DNA of 64,000 nt from an uncultured Ruminococcus sp. (GCA_964487775.1 CAZASH010000004.1:19631-83630); one strand, 5' to 3'. Numbered from the stretch's first letter, positions 35,858-43,848 are shown. Notes: generated from the sequence alone by a model not told the origin. Numbers and translations are program-made.

Positions 35858-36708
35858 CAAACACAGTTAAAAAGTTTATCTTTGCGGCATTGGTCGTCAT
35901 AATGGTCGTGTCGATGCTTCCCGCAGTTTCGGCTGCAAGCTCGGCGAGCCTCAGAGTGACCGATACCGTGCTCGACGGCGAGACCTTCACCTTTAAAGTT
36001 ACCGTCGACGACATCAGCGACCCCAAGGGCGTTGCAGGCTTCCAGTTCAATGTTATTTATGACAAGAACGTTTTTGAGTTCGTTTCTGCAAAGCAGACAG
36101 TTCCTTCGACTTGGAACACCGGCGATTCCAACGCTTATGAAGACCTTTCGATACTCATCGAAAAGGGCAACTATCTTTGCGCACACACTTCGATAGCACC
36201 GGGCAAGGGCGCAAAATCGGGTGAGCTTTATACCGAATTCACCTTCAAGGTCAAGGGCGCAGCAGACGGCAAGACTATCAAGCTTACCGAGATCTCGATC
36301 GTAAGCGATGACCTCGTTGAGATCTATAAGGGCAGCGACATCTCGTTCAAGGCTGTCACCACAGCTAATCCCGACGTCAGCAACGAGCCCTCCGATGCTC
36401 CCTCTGATGACCCCTCGAGCTCCGACGAGAGCAGCGAGCCCGACGCTTCCACACCCGACGAGAGCGACGAGCCCTCTGACGAACCCTCAAATGAAGATGA
36501 GAGCAGCGAGCCCGACGCATCCGCAGAACCTGACACTTCTGCACCCGACGAGAGCAAAGAGCCTGTTTCGGGCGATGCTTCGAGCGAAGAGTCCTCAAAG
36601 GGCGAAGATGTCAAGGATGAGGGTGGTTTCCCCTGGTGGATAATCGTTGTCGTCGCAGTCATCGCTGTCGGCGTTGCAGTGTTCTTTATCATCAAGCGCA
36701 GGAAATAA
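35854..36708 (+). CDS. membrane-anchored cohesin-domain protein
   Basis: 284 aa with a signal peptide and a cohesin-like module (SLRVTDTVLDGETFTFKVTVDDISDPKGVAGFQFNVIYDKNVFEFV). An acidic S/E/P/D linker follows, and the C-terminus is GGFPWW plus a TM plus KRRK. Its ATG overlaps the upstream TGA (ATGA). Confidence 0.7.
   Translation: MTNTVKKFIFAALVVIMVVSMLPAVSAASSASLRVTDTVLDGETFTFKVTVDDISDPKGVAGFQFNVIYDKNVFEFVSAKQTVPSTWNTGDSNAYEDLSILIEKGNYLCAHTSIAPGKGAKSGELYTEFTFKVKGAADGKTIKLTEISIVSDDLVEIYKGSDISFKAVTTANPDVSNEPSDAPSDDPSSSDESSEPDASTPDESDEPSDEPSNEDESSEPDASAEPDTSAPDESKEPVSGDASSEESSKGEDVKDEGGFPWWIIVVVAVIAVGVAVFFIIKRRK
36424..36556. repeat. imperfect ~72-bp tandem repeat in the acidic linker
   Basis: GA(C/T)GAGAGCAGCGAGCCCGACGC(T/A)TCC occurs at 36424 and 36496. 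CCCGACGAGAGC recurs at 36454 and 36544. Confidence 0.75.
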
Positions 36709-36730
36709 GATAAAAACATCGATCCTTAAT

Positions 36731-36770
36731 GCTTTGTGTCAGTCGCGAGATTGACACAAAGCAATCTTTG
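36731..36770 (+). terminator. putative terminator after the cohesin gene
   Basis: 11-bp stem GCTTTGTGTCA / TGACACAAAGC with a weak T tract (AATCTTTG). Confidence 0.5.
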
Positions 36771-36827
36771 TGATAAGCAGTCGTTTTGGCAGCAAGGGTC
36801 GATTTTGACAGTTAAGAGGAGCATATT

Positions 36828-38210
36828 ATGGCAAAATACGATGTCGCCGTCATTGGCGCAGGCACCGCAGGCATTTATGCCGCATACGAGCTTATAAAAT
36901 TAAAGCCCGAGCTCAATATCGTCGTGCTCGAGAGCGGACGCGATATTTACAGCAGGGGCTGTCCCATAGTTGCAGGCAAGGTCAAGACCTGCATCGGCTG
37001 CAAGCCGTGCGCTATAATGTCAGGCTTTGGCGGTGCAGGTGCATTCTCTGACGGCAAATATAATTTCACAACCGAATTCGGCGGCTGGCTCGGCGACTAT
37101 ATCGGCAAGCAGGAGCTTATGCAGCTCATCGATTATGTTGACGATGTCAACGTTTCGTTCGGCGCTACCACCGAGGTTTTTTCGACAGATACGCCCGAGG
37201 CACGAGCACTCGAAACAAAAGCGCTCGGCTTTGACCTGCACCTTTTGCAGGCAAAATGCAAGCATCTCGGCACAGAACGCAACAGGCAGATCCTGGCGAA
37301 TATATACGAATTCCTCCGCAATAAGGTCGAATTCAGATTTCTTACGCCTGTCGAGAGCATAGATGTCGCAGACGGCGGCTATCTGCTCACGCTCAAGAAT
37401 GGCGGCGACGTGCAGTGCAAGGTTTGTATCGCCGCACCCGGCAGATCGGGCTGCGCATGGTTCACAGGCATTGCAAAGCATCTCGGATTGCCCACGGTCA
37501 ACAATCAGGTCGACCTCGGCGTCAGAGTCGAATTGCCTGCCAAGGTCTTTGAGCATATTACCGATGTCGTTTATGAATCAAAGCTTATATACCGCAGCAA
37601 CCTTTATGGCGATAACGTGCGCACGTTCTGCATGAATCCGCACGGACAGGTCGTTGCCGAGAATGTCGACGGACTTATAACCGTCAACGGACACAGCTAT
37701 GCCGACCCCGCACTTCAGAGCGAGAACACCAACTTCGCTCTGCTCGTTTCGAATAGATTTACAGAGCCCTTCAACTCGCCCAACGACTATGGTCACCATA
37801 TCGCATCGCTGTCGAATATGCTTGGCGGCGGCGTTCTGGTGCAGCGCTTCGGCGATCTTGTTCGCGGTATGCGCACCAACGAGCACAGGCTCAGCCACTC
37901 GACCACACGCCCTACGCTCGCTGCAACCCCCGGCGACCTCTCGCTGGTATTGCCCAAGCGCCATATGGATAATATCATCGATATGATCTATGCGCTTGAT
38001 AAGCTTGCACCCGGCACTGCGAACTATGACACATTGCTTTACGGCGTAGAGGTCAAGTTCTATTCGGCGCGTGTCGAGCTTGACGATAAGCTCGAAACCA
38101 GACTGCCCGGACTGTATGCTATCGGCGACGGCGCAGGCATCACCCGCGGACTTGCACAGGCAGGCGCCTCGGGCATCAAGGCAGCAAGAGCAGCCGCAAC
38201 CAGACTTTAA
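36828..38210 (+). CDS. FAD-dependent oxidoreductase (uncharacterised FAD-dependent dehydrogenase family)
   Basis: 460 aa with the N-terminal dinucleotide fold DVAVIGAGTAGIYAAYEL and the C-terminal YAIGDGAGITRG. Confidence 0.75.
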   Translation: MAKYDVAVIGAGTAGIYAAYELIKLKPELNIVVLESGRDIYSRGCPIVAGKVKTCIGCKPCAIMSGFGGAGAFSDGKYNFTTEFGGWLGDYIGKQELMQLIDYVDDVNVSFGATTEVFSTDTPEARALETKALGFDLHLLQAKCKHLGTERNRQILANIYEFLRNKVEFRFLTPVESIDVADGGYLLTLKNGGDVQCKVCIAAPGRSGCAWFTGIAKHLGLPTVNNQVDLGVRVELPAKVFEHITDVVYESKLIYRSNLYGDNVRTFCMNPHGQVVAENVDGLITVNGHSYADPALQSENTNFALLVSNRFTEPFNSPNDYGHHIASLSNMLGGGVLVQRFGDLVRGMRTNEHRLSHSTTRPTLAATPGDLSLVLPKRHMDNIIDMIYALDKLAPGTANYDTLLYGVEVKFYSARVELDDKLETRLPGLYAIGDGAGITRGLAQAGASGIKAARAAATRL

Positions 38211-38228
38211 GGCATAACTAATATGATC

Positions 38229-38264
38229 AAAAAAGGCTTTGCACATCATGTGCAGAGCCTTTTT
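38229..38264. terminator. bidirectional intrinsic terminator
   Basis: 11-bp stem GGCTTTGCACA / TGTGCAGAGCC with loop TCA, flanked by AAAAAA and TTTTT, between convergent genes. Confidence 0.8.
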
Positions 38265-38272
38265 AAGTTGCT

Positions 38273-39700
38273 TCATCTTATGCTATATGTTTTTTGAATG
38301 TGACGCTTTACGGCGAAATAGTCGGCAGGCTGAGCGCCGCTCGTGCTCAGTATCTGCGATGCGAGCAAAGCGTTTTGCTCAAGCGTTTGAGTGCCGAGAT
38401 AGGCTCGCTGTATCATGATGGCGTCGGCAACGGTTATCCTGCCGTCGCAGTTGACATCGCCCTTGACGATCACTGTCGCCGAGGTGATAAGCTGACCGTT
38501 ATACCAAAGCTCGGCGGTCATTCCGGTTGCGACAAGTGCATCGTCGGCTATGCGTGAGCCGCCCGAGGTGATATGTATATCGCCGCCCATATAGTCGCTG
38601 ATGCTTTTTGCGGCGGTATCGGCAGGGATTCCGACTATAAAGCCGTCCTTTAAAGCCGTTTTTGCATCCTTGAAAGTAAATTCGGGCGTTTTTCCGACAG
38701 TCAGCGATTTTGAATCGCCGACGCCCGTAAGCAGTCTGAGGTCTGCGGCATAGGCGGTGCATTCGGCATACGGCACAGAAAAGCTCGCGGATGCATCGGC
38801 ATTTCCGATGACCTTGAACGGTATACTGACAACTATGCTCTGTCCTATCGGCAGGCAGTCGGCAGAGGCTGTTCCGCCGTTCGGAGCAACGAGCCTTATG
38901 CGGTATCTGCCGTCTGCTTCGTGTCGGCAGAGCTGCTGCCAGCCTGCGGGTGCCGAAACGATGAACGAATCCATCGCATCGTCGGTGTTGTCTGTAAGCG
39001 TTGCCTGCAGTGACGAAGCGGAATACTCGAGCAATAACTCAAACGCCGCAATTCCGTCGGCGGCTGTCTTGTTGGTGATAGTGAGCGTCATGGCGGTGCT
39101 TGTGCCGCTGAGCGCCTCGGCACATTCGATTGTGGTATAAAACTCGCTCTGCTTTGCCAGCGCCGCAAATTTATATTCGCTGCCCTCGGCAGCTATCTGC
39201 TTTAAGTCGGTGTCGAACACAAGCAGCGACGACTGCGCTATCTTGAACATGCAGATGCCCTCTGAAATTATCCTGAAGGGTATCTTGACCACCAGATCAG
39301 AGGTGTCTGTGATGGCTGTTTCATTCTTGCTGTCGACCTTGGTGCAGAAGGCGAGGAAATAAACGCCGTCGCCTCTGTATTCGCAAAGCTGCTCAAACGA
39401 CTTTGTGTTGGTGGTCATGAATGAATCCATGTTAGTGCCGCTCGTCGTGATGACAGGTTCGAGTATGCTTGTGTCAAACGACAGCTCGCACTGAAAGCCC
39501 GAAACAGACTTTGGCAGGGCATTTATCTCGAGCGTGAGATAGACCGTCGAGCCGACCGATGCGCCCTCGGGCGCAGACATTTTGAGGCTGAATGCGCTGT
39601 TTGCCGCCGCAGGAATTATTGCCGCGAGCATGATAAGGCAGATAAGCAGCGCTGTTATTTTATATTTCGTCAAGTTCCGAAACGATCTTGTAGATAACAC
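38273..39700 (-). CDS. secreted adaptor protein with two cohesin-like modules and a C-terminal dockerin
   Basis: 475 aa with the signal peptide KITALLICLIMLAAIIPAAANSA. Cohesin-like segments are ...VYLTLEINALPKSVSGFQCELSFDTSILEPV... and ...MTLTITNKTAADGIAAFELLLEYSASSLQA.... The dockerin loop is GDVNCDGRITVADAIMIQR. The start overlaps rsmI by 41 nt, so it is uncertain. Confidence 0.7.
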   Translation of the reverse strand: MLSTRSFRNLTKYKITALLICLIMLAAIIPAAANSAFSLKMSAPEGASVGSTVYLTLEINALPKSVSGFQCELSFDTSILEPVITTSGTNMDSFMTTNTKSFEQLCEYRGDGVYFLAFCTKVDSKNETAITDTSDLVVKIPFRIISEGICMFKIAQSSLLVFDTDLKQIAAEGSEYKFAALAKQSEFYTTIECAEALSGTSTAMTLTITNKTAADGIAAFELLLEYSASSLQATLTDNTDDAMDSFIVSAPAGWQQLCRHEADGRYRIRLVAPNGGTASADCLPIGQSIVVSIPFKVIGNADASASFSVPYAECTAYAADLRLLTGVGDSKSLTVGKTPEFTFKDAKTALKDGFIVGIPADTAAKSISDYMGGDIHITSGGSRIADDALVATGMTAELWYNGQLITSATVIVKGDVNCDGRITVADAIMIQRAYLGTQTLEQNALLASQILSTSGAQPADYFAVKRHIQKTYSIR

Positions 39701-40535
39701 TTTTTGATACCTTTCTGTCGCGTGCGACCTGCTTGCAGGCGTCCATTTTTGACAATCCCATGCTGAGATAATATTTTACGTGCGTCGGGATGTCGGTTTC
39801 GTTCCAATCATTCTCGTCCTTTTTTGCGCCCTCTACGATGATGATGAATTCACCCTTCAAAAACGCTTCGCCGCGTGACAGCACGTCGGATTCGAGGCTT
39901 GAGAGCGTAGTGCGCAAAAAGCACTCGTTGAGCTTGGTCAGCTCTTTTGCGAGCACGCATTTGCGGTCAGAGAGTGCGCCGTGCAATTGCTGTATGACCT
40001 TGATAAGGTCATGAGGCGCTGCATAAAAGATCATGGTGCGCGTTTCTGCTTTGATCTCGTCGAGGTATTCCTGCACGCCTTTTTCGGGCAAAAAGCCCTC
40101 AAAGCAAAAGCGCCTCGATTCAAGACCCGATGCAGAAAGTGCGGTTATGGCGGCACACGGGCCGGGCAGCGGAACGACGGTTATATCACGTTCTGCACAC
40201 GCCTTGACCAGCTTTTCGCCGGGGTCGCTGACCGCAGGAGTGCCTGCGTCTGTGATGAGTGCGCAGGTCTCGCCGGATAAAATGCGTTCGGCGATCATGT
40301 CGATCTTGTGCCTGTCGGTGTGCTCGTGATAAGAGACCAGCGGCTTTTTGATGCCGAGCAGCATCAGCAGCTTGCCACCTACGCGCGTGTCCTCGGCTGC
40401 GACGAAATCGCATTCGCCAAGCGTTTTAATTGCCCGTGGCGAAACGTCATTCATGTTGCCGATAGGGGTAGGAACGATATATAATATGCCGTTTTGCAAT
40501 TTGTTTTGTTCTTGCTCTGTGTTCATAAAAATCAA
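39660..40535 (-). CDS. rsmI: 16S rRNA (cytidine1402-2'-O)-methyltransferase
   Basis: 291 aa with the tetrapyrrole-methylase fold motif LYIVPTPIGNMNDVSPRAIKTL....AEDTR. Confidence 0.9.
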   Translation of the reverse strand: MIFMNTEQEQNKLQNGILYIVPTPIGNMNDVSPRAIKTLGECDFVAAEDTRVGGKLLMLLGIKKPLVSYHEHTDRHKIDMIAERILSGETCALITDAGTPAVSDPGEKLVKACAERDITVVPLPGPCAAITALSASGLESRRFCFEGFLPEKGVQEYLDEIKAETRTMIFYAAPHDLIKVIQQLHGALSDRKCVLAKELTKLNECFLRTTLSSLESDVLSRGEAFLKGEFIIIVEGAKKDENDWNETDIPTHVKYYLSMGLSKMDACKQVARDRKVSKSVIYKIVSELDEI

Positions 40536-43018
40536 TCCTTGGCTTCAAACCAGTTTTTGCCTGTGCCGCAGTCGGATATCAGCGGAACAGAAAGCTTTAA
40601 AGCGTTTTGCATACAGTCGACCAATATTTTTTTTGCTTCATCGGCCTCGTTTGTCGGGGCTTCGACTATCAATTCGTCGTGTATCTGCAATATGAGCCTT
40701 GCCTTAAGCCCTCTGCTTGCGAGCTCACGCTCGACACTTATCATCGCAAGCTTGATTATATCGGCAGAGGTGCCCTGTATCGGCGTGTTTTTTGCCACTC
40801 GCTCGCCAAAGGCGACGAGCTGCTTTTTGCTCACCGAAAGCTCGGGGATATATCTGCGCCGTCCGAGCATGGTGGTGACATAGCCGTCCTTCTTTGCCTG
40901 CTCGACGGTAGTGTCCAAAAACGCCTTTACACCGGGATACCTTGCAAAATATCCCTCGATGTATCTTGCCGCTTCACGCTTTGAAACACCGAGATCTCGC
41001 GAAAGCGAATAATCGCCCATGCCGTATATTATGCCGAAGTTGACAGTCTTTGCTCTGCTGCGCATCTCGGATGTGACGAGCGCCCTGTCGACGCCGAACA
41101 CCTGCGAAGCGGTTATGCTGTGAACGTCGTCACCGTTTATAAATGCGTTTCTAAGTGTTTCGTCACCAGACAGGTGAGCGAGCACACGCAATTCTATCTG
41201 CGAATAGTCGGCATCTATCAGCACGCAGCCGTCGGCGGCTCTGAAAAATCGCCTCAGCTCTTTGCCGAGCTCTGTCCTGACAGGAATATTCTGCAGGTTT
41301 GGCTCTGCCGACGAAAGCCTGCCTGTCAGCGTCATGGTCTGCTTGAATGTAGTGTGTATCCTGCCGTCGTCAGATCTTATCGCAAGCAGCCCGTCGCAAT
41401 AGGTTGACTTGAGCTTTGCGAGCTTGCGGTAGTATAATATCATGTCGACGATAGGGTGCAGGAAGCGCAATTCCTCGAGCACCTCTGCACTTGTTGAATA
41501 TCCGCTCTTTGTCTTTTTGCCGTGAGGCAGCATAAGCTCTTCAAACAGCACGTTGCCGAGCTGCTTTGGCGAGTTGATGTTAAAGGTGTGACCTGCCGCA
41601 TCGTATATCGCCGCTTCTGCGTGCAATAATTCCGCACCTAATTTTTCAGAGTAAGCGGCCAAGCCGTCACGGTCGAGCAAAAAGCCTGTTTTTTCCATCT
41701 CAAACAGAGTTTTTGCAAGCGGCATTTCGAGCTCTTCGTAAAGCCGCTTCGAATCCTCGGTCTGCTTTGCGAGCAATGCCTCTTTGAGAGGAGCGAACAG
41801 CGAAACATCGGTGAACGATGTCTGTATGCCGAGATACGACAGCGAAAGTTTGCTGAATTCAACGCCGTTGTCTGACGGCGAAATGACATATGCGAGCAAA
41901 GAAAGATCGACTACGTTGCAGGTGGGATAAATATTTATTTCGTCAAGCGAATGCAGAGTGTCCTTGAAGCTGAAAACGCATATTTCGCCGCTCTCAAATA
42001 CAGAATTATCGAGCGAGTGAATGTCGCAGCACAGCACCTCGTCACCGGATGCAAATATGCATTTGCCGTCCGAGATGTCAAGGCACGCCTGCCTGCTTTG
42101 TATCGCCTGCTTCAGCCTGTCTGCGCCGCACTCCGTGGGCTCGGGCGCGGTGTGCGTTTTGGCAGGCGGCTCACCCAGAGAATCAAGCATACGCTTGAAT
42201 TCAAGGCGGGTGTAAAGCTCTCTCAGCTTGCTGTCGTCATAGCCTTTGTAGGTGTATTGCTCTAAATCATCGTTTATCGGTGCGTCAAGTCGTATCTCTG
42301 CAAGATAGCGTGAGATATATGCAAGCTCTCTGCCTGCCTCAAGCTTTTGCCTGAGTGCACCCTTGGTATCTTCGATATGCTCATAAACGCCGTCGAGAGT
42401 GCCGAACTGCGAAATAAGCTTTTCAGCGCTTTTTTCGCCTATGCCGGGAACACCGGGAATGTTGTCTGAGGCGTCGCCCATGAGCGATTTGACCTCGATG
42501 AGCTGGCGCGGAGTCATTCCGATATGCTCTGAAGCTATGCGCTCGGGAGTCATTATTTTGGTTTCGTTGTTGGAAAGAAGTCTGACCGTGGTCGTTTCGC
42601 TGACCAGCTGCAGACTGTCTCGGTCGCCTGTGACGATATAGCATTCTATGCCGTTTCGCGCGCAGATCGCCGAAAAAGTGCCGATCACGTCGTCGGCTTC
42701 AAAGCCCTCGCATTCGGCGATCGTGAGCCCCAATGCCGCCGCTAACTGCTTTGCATACGGCAGTTGCTGTGCGAGCTCGTCGGGCATACCCTTGCGGTTC
42801 GCCTTGTATTCACCATAGTATTTGTGCCTGAATGTCTTTGTCTTGAGATCAAACGTCATGCACGCAATGTCCGGCTTGACCTCTGACAGCTCGTGAGTAA
42901 CGATGTTTGTAAAGCCATAGCAGGCGTTGGTGGGCAGACCGTCCGCAGTCGACAGCGGACGCACGCCGTAGTACGCACGATTCAATATGCTGTTGCCGTC
43001 AAAAACTATGGCTCTCAT
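40532..43018 (-). CDS. polA: DNA polymerase I
   Basis: 828 aa with a 5' nuclease domain (GNSILNRAYYG...TGDRDSLQL) and polymerase motifs (DYSQIELRVLAH, RSRAKTVNFGIIYG, QIHDELIVE). Confidence 0.95.
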   Translation of the reverse strand: MRAIVFDGNSILNRAYYGVRPLSTADGLPTNACYGFTNIVTHELSEVKPDIACMTFDLKTKTFRHKYYGEYKANRKGMPDELAQQLPYAKQLAAALGLTIAECEGFEADDVIGTFSAICARNGIECYIVTGDRDSLQLVSETTTVRLLSNNETKIMTPERIASEHIGMTPRQLIEVKSLMGDASDNIPGVPGIGEKSAEKLISQFGTLDGVYEHIEDTKGALRQKLEAGRELAYISRYLAEIRLDAPINDDLEQYTYKGYDDSKLRELYTRLEFKRMLDSLGEPPAKTHTAPEPTECGADRLKQAIQSRQACLDISDGKCIFASGDEVLCCDIHSLDNSVFESGEICVFSFKDTLHSLDEINIYPTCNVVDLSLLAYVISPSDNGVEFSKLSLSYLGIQTSFTDVSLFAPLKEALLAKQTEDSKRLYEELEMPLAKTLFEMEKTGFLLDRDGLAAYSEKLGAELLHAEAAIYDAAGHTFNINSPKQLGNVLFEELMLPHGKKTKSGYSTSAEVLEELRFLHPIVDMILYYRKLAKLKSTYCDGLLAIRSDDGRIHTTFKQTMTLTGRLSSAEPNLQNIPVRTELGKELRRFFRAADGCVLIDADYSQIELRVLAHLSGDETLRNAFINGDDVHSITASQVFGVDRALVTSEMRSRAKTVNFGIIYGMGDYSLSRDLGVSKREAARYIEGYFARYPGVKAFLDTTVEQAKKDGYVTTMLGRRRYIPELSVSKKQLVAFGERVAKNTPIQGTSADIIKLAMISVERELASRGLKARLILQIHDELIVEAPTNEADEAKKILVDCMQNALKLSVPLISDCGTGKNWFEAKD

Positions 43019-43060
43019 TTTTTTACCTCGGTGAAATCAAATTATGCTCTGTCATTATCA

Positions 43061-43090
43061 ATCATATCACAAGCCGAGCGCTATTGTCAA
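43061..43090 (-). promoter_or_regulatory. putative sigma-A promoter of polA
   Basis: The reverse strand reads TTGACA (43090-85), an 18-nt spacer, then TATGAT (43066-61). Confidence 0.55.
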
Positions 43091-43222
43091 GGGCGTATCG
43101 GGGCGAGGAGAGAGCGAAAGGCGATATTTCAATTTACATAAACACATCGGTAACGCATATCGCACGGAATGACCTTTGCGCCGCCATGCTTATCAAGCAT
43201 GACGCCGAGGATGTTACCAAAC

Positions 43223-43331
43223 GGGACACGCGCGTACCGCGCTTATTGCTTGCGGCACAGCCGCTGCGCACCATTTTGCTAAAAACAACTCACCGAGTTG
43301 TTTTCTTAACGCAAAATGCCCCCTTGGGGTT
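43223..43331. repeat. hairpin-rich 109-bp unit, copy B
   Basis: It matches 43577-43685 with 3 mismatches by eye. It contains the hairpins GCGCG-TAC-CGCGC, GCGGC-ACA-GCCGC and AAACAACTC-ACC-GAGTTGTTT. Confidence 0.85.
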
Positions 43332-43510
43332 AGGCCGTCTGAGACAAGAAAACACACGATTTTTAGCGGATCTTTCGCGCGGCAGCTGCCCAAAAAGCCT
43401 CGGCGGTACGGTCAAGTATCACCTTCGCCTTTTTGGTTGCTGCCACACAAAATCTCTCGCCAAAAACCGCTTCGCGCCATCGGCGTATTTTTTCTTATCT
43501 CAGACGGCCT
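43332..43510. mobile_element. 179-bp MITE-like element with 21-bp terminal inverted repeats
   Basis: The left TIR is AGGCCGTCTGAGACAAGAAAA. The reverse complement of the right TIR is AGGCCGTCTGAGATAAGAAAA, a 20/21 match. The element is flanked by TT/TT, has no ORF, and is absent from the otherwise homologous copy at 43685/43686. Confidence 0.65.
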
Positions 43511-43534
43511 TTCAAGTTCCTGCCAAATATATAT

Positions 43535-43563
43535 AAAAAAGACCACACACGGTGGTCTTTTTT
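43535..43563. terminator. bidirectional terminator hairpin T1 (paralog of T2)
   Basis: AAAAAA-GACCAC-ACACG-GTGGTC-TTTTTT. Confidence 0.7.
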
Positions 43564-43566
43564 ATA

Positions 43567-43618
43567 TGCGGCTGATGGGACCCGCGCGTACCGCGCTTAT
43601 TGCTTGCGGCACAGCCGC
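43567..43618 (-). pseudogene. tRNA-Leu-derived pseudo-tRNA (52 nt)
   Basis: The reverse strand reads GCGGCTGTG...GTCCCATCAGCCGCA. It shares the first 9 nt and last 15 nt with the adjacent tRNA-Leu, but the D, anticodon and T-loop regions are replaced by unrelated hairpin sequence. Confidence 0.5.
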
Positions 43619-43685
43619 TGCGCACCATTTTGCTAAAAACAACTCACCGAGTTGTTTTCTTAACGCAAAACGCCCCCTTGTGGTT
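43577..43685. repeat. hairpin-rich 109-bp unit, copy A
   Basis: See copy B. This copy is followed by a plus-orientation T-arm-like GGTTCAAGTCCC (43683-43694), the inverted match of the tRNA-Leu T arm. Confidence 0.85.
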
Positions 43686-43702
43686 CAAGTCCCCACACAT
43701 AT

Positions 43703-43736
43703 AAAAAACGACCACCCAAATGGTGGTCGATTTTTT
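43703..43736. terminator. bidirectional terminator hairpin T2 after tRNA-Leu
   Basis: AAAAAA-CGACCACC-CAAAT-GGTGGTCG-A-TTTTTT. Confidence 0.75.
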
Positions 43737-43737
43737 A

Positions 43738-43817
43738 TGCGGCTGATGGGACTTGAACCCATACGGTTGCCCACACGCCCCTCAAACGTGCGCGTCTGCC
43801 AGTTCCGCCACAGCCGC
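43738..43817 (-). tRNA. tRNA-Leu (anticodon GAG)
   Basis: The 80-nt reverse-strand sequence is GCGGCTGTGGCGGAACTGGCAGACGCGCACGTTTGAGGGGCGTGTGGGCAACCGTATGGGTTCAAGTCCCATCAGCCGCA. The anticodon loop is TTGAGGG. It has a long variable arm and no encoded CCA. Confidence 0.85.
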
Positions 43818-43848
43818 AGATATGTCTGCTCTCGCGAGCGCAAGATAT

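Noticed and set aside
43333-43343. GCCGTCTGAGA in the MITE terminal repeats resembles the Neisseria DNA uptake sequence GCCGTCTGAA
   Set aside because: It is a 9-nt coincidence in an unrelated (Firmicute) genome. It occurs only as part of the element's inverted repeats, so there is no reason to infer an uptake-sequence function.
43567-43752. The direct repeat of the tRNA-Leu 3' end (TGCGGCTGATGGGAC, 171 bp apart) as attL/attR of an integrated element
   Set aside because: Only ~156 bp lies between the repeats and there is no integrase or cargo. The adjacent terminator hairpin is also duplicated in diverged form. That fits a tandem segmental duplication better than site-specific integration.
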